DNA of 64,000 nt from a virus: positions 64,001 to 128,000 of the IMG/VR virus record IMGVR_UViG_3300011980_000002; one strand, given 5' to 3'. The position numbers and the translations under genes are program-made. Under the pieces are notes generated by a model. It did no database searches. It was not told the DNA's origin and saw only the letters and a program-made list of their open reading frames with translations. Positions 46,137-53,095 of this stretch are shown piece by piece. Each line of letters starts with the position of its first letter. Positions within the stretch are counted from its first letter, which is position 1.

Positions 46137-46203
46137 TATAAGCTTATATAATATTAATATGTAATAAAAATATTATTAATAATATTAAAGGAGAAAAAGA
46201 AAT

Positions 46204-47097
46204 ATGAATAATGAAAATGTAGTTACAAATCCAAGGTTATTGAACTTTGAAAATATGTGTTCCGAGAAGAATATTAATTTTACTGGTTATATTGACCATG
46301 TGGAGTTTTTACAAGCATATGATGATAAAGTCGTTTCAAATTTACTAGATGAACCACTTTTTATTGATGATGACTGTGATCTTATAATAAACCGTATTAT
46401 CAGATATCTCATGAATAATACTGATAAGAATTTCATAATGTATATGTCTACTCATTACGTATTACTTAGGTCTAGCTATAACGAACTAGACAATATGGAT
46501 ACTGTAGATGATATTATGTATAATGGAAATACTCTACATATCTATAGTAAATATATCTCATCAAATAGAAAGACTAAAATTATTAATCATAATAGGTTAT
46601 GGGCATATAAAAATAATACTATATATGATAAATTAATATTTGATAAGGAACTATTTCAGTGTCTTAAGCTTAGATATAATAATAGATTACATACATCATT
46701 TAATATAAATACCGATAAATACTCAAATAACATAATAGCAATAGACTGTTGGGAAGATTACGATTACTACTCATCTAAGGATACACTTATATCAGATTGG
46801 TCTCATAATAAAACCATAATAAATAAACTTGTTAAATATCCAGATGATTCTAAATTCTCTATAAAGAATTCATATAAATTAATATATTCAAAATATGAGT
46901 TAGATGAAGAACCAACTGGTGAATTCTCACACTTTATAACTGGTAGAATAGAATTTGTTTGTGGTTTAAATATCTTTTCATGCAATGTTGAAACTGGTGA
47001 TGATGTTACAAAGGATATACTAACATATATAGATTATTTAGGTGGTCGCAAATCAAAACTTAAAGGAGAAAAGAAATATGAAGGTTATGCTAATTAA
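46204..47097 (+). CDS. Family-G paralogue 1
   Basis: SD aaaggag. Shared motifs DNMDTVDDIMYNGNTLHIYSKYI and SHFITGRIEFVCGL. Confidence 0.65.
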   Translation: MNNENVVTNPRLLNFENMCSEKNINFTGYIDHVEFLQAYDDKVVSNLLDEPLFIDDDCDLIINRIIRYLMNNTDKNFIMYMSTHYVLLRSSYNELDNMDTVDDIMYNGNTLHIYSKYISSNRKTKIINHNRLWAYKNNTIYDKLIFDKELFQCLKLRYNNRLHTSFNINTDKYSNNIIAIDCWEDYDYYSSKDTLISDWSHNKTIINKLVKYPDDSKFSIKNSYKLIYSKYELDEEPTGEFSHFITGRIEFVCGLNIFSCNVETGDDVTKDILTYIDYLGGRKSKLKGEKKYEGYAN

Positions 47098-48136
47098 AAT
47101 AACTAAGAATATCTACGGATTCGAGGCTATTAGATATGATGAGAATATTTATGATCCGCATATATATGATATCATTGCTTTTAAAAATAAGCACCATAAT
47201 GATGTTTCCGTTATCAGAATAGAATATATTGATAAGGTAATTGATGCTGAGGATTATGATATAGATAATGTGCATGAATTTCTTTCATGTATAAAAATAC
47301 CAAACTTTATTAAATTCGCTATTAATAATAATATAGCATATGATTACATAATTAATGGAGTTGATTTGTTATATGTTGATAATAGTAGTATCTTTGTAAA
47401 AGAAGTCACTAGCAGTAAGTATATAAAAGGCAGTTGTCATTTATCTCTTCCGTTATATGATATAATTAAAACTAATGATAAATATTTCATATATAAAATT
47501 TACGATAAATTCATATCGATGATGATGAGTAATATCAAATATGATGATATAGAATGTGTTGATAAAATCATATATAATGGGGAAGTTAAATATATTTACA
47601 CAGAACTGTTAGAACTTGACAATATTAGACTTATGTATGATTCAGACATCACACATCTGGCAAAGATTAAGTTACCTCATAATGAATATATGTATAGTAA
47701 AATATATAATAAGTATAATAATGTAGTTAAAGTCTGGGATATTATTGAAGAAGAAGATGATCTGGATGGTATGTATACAGAATGTGATAGAATTTCTGAA
47801 ATTTATGACAATACTACAATATTTGGAAATATTGATTGTAATTGGAAATTTGATAATACATACGAAGATTTATTGAACCTATTTAAACATGATGACTCTA
47901 TAATATCTGAATTGAATAAACAGTTCAAATACAGGGGCGATAGTCTAACGATATCAACAGATTCAAATGTTATGTATACAATATCAGATTACGAATTATC
48001 GAAAGATGATAAATTGTATAAATATGTTACTAAGAGATTAGAATATGTTGGAATTGTTCATCAATATAATATAGGATGTAAATCTATTTCTAATGCTGTA
48101 GTTAGCGTGTATAAAATATCATCTGAGAGATGGTAG
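47078..48136 (+). CDS. Family-G paralogue 2
   Basis: ATG 47078 after aaaggag (ORF-track start 47042). Overlaps the previous gene by 20 nt. DDIECVDKIIYNGEVKYIYTELL; YKYVTKRLEYVGIV. Confidence 0.65.
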   Translation: MKVMLIKITKNIYGFEAIRYDENIYDPHIYDIIAFKNKHHNDVSVIRIEYIDKVIDAEDYDIDNVHEFLSCIKIPNFIKFAINNNIAYDYIINGVDLLYVDNSSIFVKEVTSSKYIKGSCHLSLPLYDIIKTNDKYFIYKIYDKFISMMMSNIKYDDIECVDKIIYNGEVKYIYTELLELDNIRLMYDSDITHLAKIKLPHNEYMYSKIYNKYNNVVKVWDIIEEEDDLDGMYTECDRISEIYDNTTIFGNIDCNWKFDNTYEDLLNLFKHDDSIISELNKQFKYRGDSLTISTDSNVMYTISDYELSKDDKLYKYVTKRLEYVGIVHQYNIGCKSISNAVVSVYKISSERW

Positions 48137-48146
48137 TATTCTATAT

Positions 48147-48188
48147 AAAATATAACCTGAGTTTAATACTTGGGTTATATTTTTTTTA
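48147..48188 (+). terminator. Rho-independent terminator
   Basis: Stem aaaatataacc/ggttatatttt plus a T-run. Confidence 0.6.
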
Positions 48189-48238
48189 TCGTATATATAT
48201 ATATTGATTATATACTATTTATCTGTAAATAAAATAAA
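48186..48238 (+). promoter_or_regulatory. Conserved promoter-like motif
   Basis: ttatcgtatatatatatattgattatatactatttatctgtaaataaaataa. It contains TTGATT, 16-17 nt, then TAAATA, i.e. a sigma-70-like spacing. Confidence 0.45.
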
Positions 48239-48263
48239 TAGTATATATTAAAGGAGAAAAAAT

Positions 48264-48899
48264 ATGAAAAGTATAATAGTTGAAATAGAAGTTAATGATA
48301 AAAATTGTAATAGAGCTTTTGAAACAGATGATACGATATTATTGAATTATGATGAAAGTTTATATACCCCAAAGGTGTATGATAACATCATATACACAGA
48401 TATTGATTATGATGACATTATCCACATGTCAAAAATACTTTCAATATACGAACCTAATGAGGAGCTATATCAAGAGGTTGATGAGATATATAATTTAGTA
48501 GCAAGTTTTAGGCTACCAAATATAGAGGAGTTCTGTATCGGTAATAGAATACCATATGATGGAGTCTATTATAATGCAAATTTAAAATACATCAATAACT
48601 CTACAATATTTAACAAATATGGTATATCTTCAATAGATAGTGTTTCAAATAGTAATATCGGTTTTCCAATATATCATGCTTTGAAAAAGCAGGATATTGA
48701 AGAGGTGTATGAAATATCAGATAAATATATTTCGTTCATGATATCAAAGGATAAAGTGGACGGTTTTGATGCATGCGACTCATTTACATATAAAGGAACC
48801 ACCATGTATATCTATATAAAATATCTAAATGTAACATTTGATAAATTGGGTATCGTTATAATTGATGATTTGGAGAAGCTTTCTAAGTTCCATGATTGA
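48264..48899 (+). CDS. Family-G paralogue 3, N-terminal half (ends at in-frame TGA)
   Basis: SFRLPNIEEFCIGN and DGFDACDSFTYKGTTMYIYIKYL align with the N-terminal halves of paralogues 2 and 4. Confidence 0.6.
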   Translation: MKSIIVEIEVNDKNCNRAFETDDTILLNYDESLYTPKVYDNIIYTDIDYDDIIHMSKILSIYEPNEELYQEVDEIYNLVASFRLPNIEEFCIGNRIPYDGVYYNANLKYINNSTIFNKYGISSIDSVSNSNIGFPIYHALKKQDIEEVYEISDKYISFMISKDKVDGFDACDSFTYKGTTMYIYIKYLNVTFDKLGIVIIDDLEKLSKFHD

Positions 48900-49376
48900 A
48901 TGATTTTTAATGGAGAGCTTTTCGCTTTCATCAAAGAGAAATGTCATAAGAAGATCTATAACTGGTTTATTGGTCATAGTTCAGATAATGAATATGGTTA
49001 TCCGAAATATGATTATAATAAAGTCGAGAATATTCTTGAACTACTCGATCTTGAAGATTTATATAGGTATAATTACATACCTAGCGATTGTGAAATTTAT
49101 AATCGTGATGATGTGCTAGAATATATTAAAGATATACCCGAACTAATCGGTGAAGGTAATCGCCTATATGATAACTTCGATGAAACTCAAGAGGTGAAAT
49201 ATTCATATTCTTATTCTTATATTTATAATGTAAATCATCTTAACTGTGAGGTAAATCCAGAACTTAAGAAATATATCGATAAACAGTTTGAATTTGTTGC
49301 GACTGTTAAAGATATAACTCTTATGTCACTATCTAACAATAAATATCCACTATCTACTTATGTCGTTAGTAGATAA
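48900..49376 (+). CDS. Family-G paralogue 3, C-terminal half (same frame, ATG abuts the TGA)
   Basis: LKKYIDKQFEFVATV aligns with the C-terminal motif of the other paralogues. The 211+158 aa total matches full-length family members. Confidence 0.55.
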   Translation: MIFNGELFAFIKEKCHKKIYNWFIGHSSDNEYGYPKYDYNKVENILELLDLEDLYRYNYIPSDCEIYNRDDVLEYIKDIPELIGEGNRLYDNFDETQEVKYSYSYSYIYNVNHLNCEVNPELKKYIDKQFEFVATVKDITLMSLSNNKYPLSTYVVSR

Positions 49377-49388
49377 TGGATAACTTAA

Positions 49389-49429
49389 AAATATTAACCC
49401 ATGAAATTAATCAGGGTTAATATTTTTTT
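49389..49429 (+). terminator. Rho-independent terminator
   Basis: 12-bp stem aaatattaaccc/gggttaatattt plus a T-run. Confidence 0.7.
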
Positions 49430-49430
49430 A

Positions 49431-49468
49431 CTTTGACTATATAATATTTATCTGTAGTAAAATTATTT
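49431..49468 (+). promoter_or_regulatory. Conserved promoter-like motif (short variant)
   Basis: ctttgactatataatatttatctgtagtaaaattattt (TTGACT ... TAAAAT). Confidence 0.45.
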
Positions 49469-49489
49469 ATGTTAAAGGAGAAAATAAAT

Positions 49490-50506
49490 ATGAAAGTTAT
49501 ACAGTTAGAAACTATTAATGTTGAGAGTAGTAGAGTTTTCAAATATGATGAAAATAAAATTAGTATTCATATTGATGATCATGTTGTATTTAGATCTGAT
49601 GATAATAGAATACATATAGTAGAAGTTGAAGAAGTTTATAGAGAGCCTGTTCTTTGGTATGATATTAAAGATATATCTGAAGTTATAGGGTCATTCAGGT
49701 TAGATAACTTTAAGAATTTTTGTATAAGTAATTATATATGTTATAGAAAATATATTAGGCATATTAACATATATCAGGTTATTGGGGATAAATTATGTGT
49801 TGCAGACAAGTCTTTTGTGATTGACTCTGAGCTTCCTAAGCAATATACTATGTATAATTTTATTGATGTAGTACATGATTGCCTATCTGATATTAATAAC
49901 TATCAATTCGGGTATTTCGACTATGAGTACTTTGCATTTATTGCAAGTACAGAAGAAATTGAAGATATGGATAGTTGTGATACATTCAATTTTGAAGGCA
50001 AAGATATCCATATCTATAGTAAGAGAATTACTGATTTAGTTGAATCTCGTATATTTGAAACCATAGATAAAGTAATCGTGAACTACGAACAATTCTATTT
50101 CGATAAAGAAAGATTAGACCTATTAGATACTGCGTATAATAGTATGGTTCATTACGGAAATGATATACCAAGTATTTTTAAAGATAATGATGATTTGGAA
50201 GTATATCAATTAAATCCGTCATGGTACGATAGTGAATTATCTATAGATAAAGAATATGAAGATAGTATAGAAAATTCCTTGGTTAAGATGAACGAATGTT
50301 ATAAAGACACTTCTATCCATAGGATAGTAAATGTGTATGTTTTATTTACAAAGAAAGAAATCACAGCATATCTTCCAAGTAATCTTAGTAAATTCATAAA
50401 ACATAGACTAGCTTATATATCAGATTTAATAGAAGTTGGATTTAAATCAACTGCTCCTACACAAGATTCTAAAAAGACTAGAGCTAGAATTTATTATATC
50501 AAATAA
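49490..50506 (+). CDS. Family-G paralogue 4
   Basis: ATG 49490 after aaaggag. SFRLDNFKNFCISN; EDMDSCDTFNFEGKDIHIYSKRI; SKFIKHRLAYISDL. Confidence 0.65.
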   Translation: MKVIQLETINVESSRVFKYDENKISIHIDDHVVFRSDDNRIHIVEVEEVYREPVLWYDIKDISEVIGSFRLDNFKNFCISNYICYRKYIRHINIYQVIGDKLCVADKSFVIDSELPKQYTMYNFIDVVHDCLSDINNYQFGYFDYEYFAFIASTEEIEDMDSCDTFNFEGKDIHIYSKRITDLVESRIFETIDKVIVNYEQFYFDKERLDLLDTAYNSMVHYGNDIPSIFKDNDDLEVYQLNPSWYDSELSIDKEYEDSIENSLVKMNECYKDTSIHRIVNVYVLFTKKEITAYLPSNLSKFIKHRLAYISDLIEVGFKSTAPTQDSKKTRARIYYIK

Positions 50507-50526
50507 TTATTAATTCATTATCTAAC

Positions 50527-50570
50527 ATATAGACTAATTAGAAATTAGCATTTTTCTAATTAGTCTATAT
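50527..50570 (+). terminator. Terminator-like hairpin
   Basis: Perfect 18-bp stem atatagactaattagaaa/tttctaattagtctatat. No clear T-run. Confidence 0.5.
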
Positions 50571-50672
50571 AATATTAATTAGATATCAATCATGTGTAGA
50601 ATAATTACAATCATTATTCATTACATCATGTCGATATAAATTTATTTTTTAAATATGAAAGGAGTAACGAAA

Positions 50673-51410
50673 ATGGCAGAAATGTATCGTTACAAGGGCG
50701 GTGAGTCCGAACATCATGATCCGGTCAGATTGTATAAGACATCGGACATACAGAATTATATTCAAGGTAATGTAAACACAGTTCTTTCTTTATTAAGAAA
50801 GAAAGATAAGGCTTATGTAAATATGCAAGATATTAATGTAAAAGTAGTATCATGGCAAGCAAGTCCAAACTGTATACCTTTCATCGTTCTTCTCCCACCG
50901 GCAGTATTAAAGAATGTTAATGAAAGTAAGAATAACGATTCTAACATACCATCTATATTCTATAATCTTGATGAAGAAGACCATCAGATTATGATAGATG
51001 AATTAGAGGCTATGTTTAAGATTTATGCTTACACAGAAGAAGACATTCGCGCATTAAAGAAATCAGAGAAACTACTTAATGAATTAAAGTTAAGTAGGAA
51101 AAATGCTATGATCCTTGCTAATATGGCTAGACCAAGATTTAGAAAGTTTAGGTCTGGTAATAGTGATGATGATAACTCTGATGCATATGTTATGTTTATC
51201 ATTGACCCGATAAGGGTATTCCATGATATGATGGTAGATACCAGTAATCTTGGGGAACAATTTAGTGTTGACATAACATCAGTAGATAAAATCCGTAATG
51301 GGGAATATCGCTTTAGAGTTAAGAGGTCAAGAAATAGAGGAAAGAAGAAGAACAAGAATGGTATGAATATGTATAACGAGATATTAGCAGCATTAAGAAA
51401 TAATGGCTAA
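50673..51410 (+). CDS. Hypothetical protein (245 aa) with basic C-terminus
   Basis: ATG 50673 after aaaggag (ORF-track start 50655). Somewhat elevated G+C. RFRVKRSRNRGKKKNKNG tail. Confidence 0.6.
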   Translation: MAEMYRYKGGESEHHDPVRLYKTSDIQNYIQGNVNTVLSLLRKKDKAYVNMQDINVKVVSWQASPNCIPFIVLLPPAVLKNVNESKNNDSNIPSIFYNLDEEDHQIMIDELEAMFKIYAYTEEDIRALKKSEKLLNELKLSRKNAMILANMARPRFRKFRSGNSDDDNSDAYVMFIIDPIRVFHDMMVDTSNLGEQFSVDITSVDKIRNGEYRFRVKRSRNRGKKKNKNGMNMYNEILAALRNNG

Positions 51411-51435
51411 ATCTTAAGTTATACATTTTAAAATT

Positions 51436-51483
51436 AATAATAGATATACTAGAATTTGATCTAGTATATCTATTATTTTTTTA
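51436..51483 (+). terminator. Rho-independent terminator
   Basis: Perfect 17-bp stem aataatagatatactag/ctagtatatctattatt plus a T-run. Confidence 0.75.
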
Positions 51484-51537
51484 TCCGTATTTCCTATATA
51501 AATAGTGATATACTATTTATGTGTAATAATAAAATAA
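51481..51537 (+). promoter_or_regulatory. Conserved promoter-like motif
   Basis: ttatccgtatttcctatataaatagtgatatactatttatgtgtaataataaaataa. Confidence 0.45.
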
Positions 51538-51559
51538 TATATAATAAGGAGTATTAATT

Positions 51560-51802
51560 ATGTTAAAGCAAGAATGGTTAGTTAGAAGAGAAGGGAACTG
51601 TGCTCATGTTCCTTTTATCTCTAATAATGTAATTGAATATGTAACCGGAAACCAACTAACTTCAGATGAGGTTAACAGCCTCAGAGAGTTAGTCATTCAG
51701 AACAGAGACCTTGCGGACTGCTACATTTCCGACCAGGAGTTTATGTTTGATATGTTGAATATGGCAGATAAGTTAGAGGCTGCCATAGCCAAATATATCT
51801 AA
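51560..51802 (+). CDS. Small protein (80 aa), elevated G+C
   Basis: SD aaggag. Sample lines count 32-48% G+C. Own promoter-like motif and terminator. Confidence 0.65.
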   Translation: MLKQEWLVRREGNCAHVPFISNNVIEYVTGNQLTSDEVNSLRELVIQNRDLADCYISDQEFMFDMLNMADKLEAAIAKYI

Positions 51803-51824
51803 CATAAACTATCTCTATTATAAA

Positions 51825-51868
51825 ATAAAACCTGTATATAGAATATCGTATATAGGTTTTATTTTTTG
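51825..51868 (+). terminator. Rho-independent terminator
   Basis: Stem aaaacct(g)tatata/tatataggtttt plus a T-run. Confidence 0.65.
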
Positions 51869-51968
51869 TCATTATCTATACTCTAAAAAACTTTCTCTTA
51901 ATCAGAAACATTATTTTTTTTTTATAAAGAATATTTATAAACAGTGAAAGGGATCATAGAAAAAGCGT

Positions 51969-53060
51969 ATGAATGGGAAGTATGATTTATATAATTCATT
52001 CTCCGTATGTTTTAATTTATTAAAAATTAAGTATGTAGATTTTGACGAGAGTTTTAACCAAATTGATTTAATTACACCTAGAGACAGTGTAAATGTATTT
52101 ATTAATTTAGAGACGGTTTTAAATTATATAACCGGAGTTAAAGACATAGATAAGAAATTATTAACCGAAAAAGATTATGAAGATGTAATGGTTGTAGATA
52201 TATTAAATCTTGCAGCCCATTATAAGAAGTTCTTTACTGGTAATAGATTAGATACGAAAGTTTTTTTATATATGACAGATTTAACCAGTAATGATTTTAA
52301 AGAGTATAAGTATAATGAAGATTATAGAAGTTATTATTTAAACAAGTTTAATACTAATCCTAAATTTACAATATTAGCAGATTCTATAATTAATAAAATA
52401 GTACCAGAGTCTTCCATGATATCAGAGTTTTTACCTAATGTATATTTTATTAATGCTAAGAATATAGAATCTTCTTTAGTACCTTATATAGTGTCTAAGA
52501 AATATCCTAATAGAAAAAATGTAATTATTACCGGAGATGTATATGATACTCAGTATATATTCATTCCTAATTTTGTAACTCATTTTATTAGGAAGTCTCC
52601 ATTAAGAAGTAGTATAACCTGGACACTATATGATTATATTAAAGAGATTATTAAAAGAGATATAGATAATATGGAATTTAACTTACTTAAAAATATAAGT
52701 ATGTACTTAAGTATGCTATCCGTAATTGGAGATAAAAATAGGTCAATTGATTCTATAAGGAGTGTCGGAGCACTTACTGTGATAAAGCAGTTACTAACAG
52801 GAATTAGTAAAAATATCATTAATTATGACACAAAATCCATAGACATAATTAAAGAAGTTTTCCCGATTAATATACAAGATGAATTAGCTAATAATTATTA
52901 TCAATTCGATATTAAAGATAAATATGATAATTTATTAGAGAATGATATATTTAATATAGAAAGTCAGATAGTTGATAGATACGATAAAGATAGTTTAATT
53001 AAGTTAAATAATACTAAGTATTATAATCATCAACTAATGTTAGAAGCTTTAACCTCTTAA
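51969..53060 (+). CDS. Hypothetical protein; weak FEN / T4 RNase H-like (5'-3' exonuclease fold) resemblance
   Basis: NVIITGDVYDTQYI resembles the I-x-S-x-D-x-D-x-x-Q-L motif (T4 RNase H ILIISSDGDFTQL, from memory). Other acidic positions appear substituted. Confidence 0.3.
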   Translation: MNGKYDLYNSFSVCFNLLKIKYVDFDESFNQIDLITPRDSVNVFINLETVLNYITGVKDIDKKLLTEKDYEDVMVVDILNLAAHYKKFFTGNRLDTKVFLYMTDLTSNDFKEYKYNEDYRSYYLNKFNTNPKFTILADSIINKIVPESSMISEFLPNVYFINAKNIESSLVPYIVSKKYPNRKNVIITGDVYDTQYIFIPNFVTHFIRKSPLRSSITWTLYDYIKEIIKRDIDNMEFNLLKNISMYLSMLSVIGDKNRSIDSIRSVGALTVIKQLLTGISKNIINYDTKSIDIIKEVFPINIQDELANNYYQFDIKDKYDNLLENDIFNIESQIVDRYDKDSLIKLNNTKYYNHQLMLEALTS

Positions 53061-53095
53061 ATAAATATTAATTAAGAAAGGTGTATTAATTTATT

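Noticed and set aside
48897-48935. SECIS-like hairpin (gagagc-ttttc-gctttc) 13 nt after the in-frame TGA, suggesting selenocysteine.
   Set aside because: It is a 6-bp AT/GU-containing stem with no conserved SECIS loop features. It is easily produced by chance in this sequence, and nothing else supports Sec usage.
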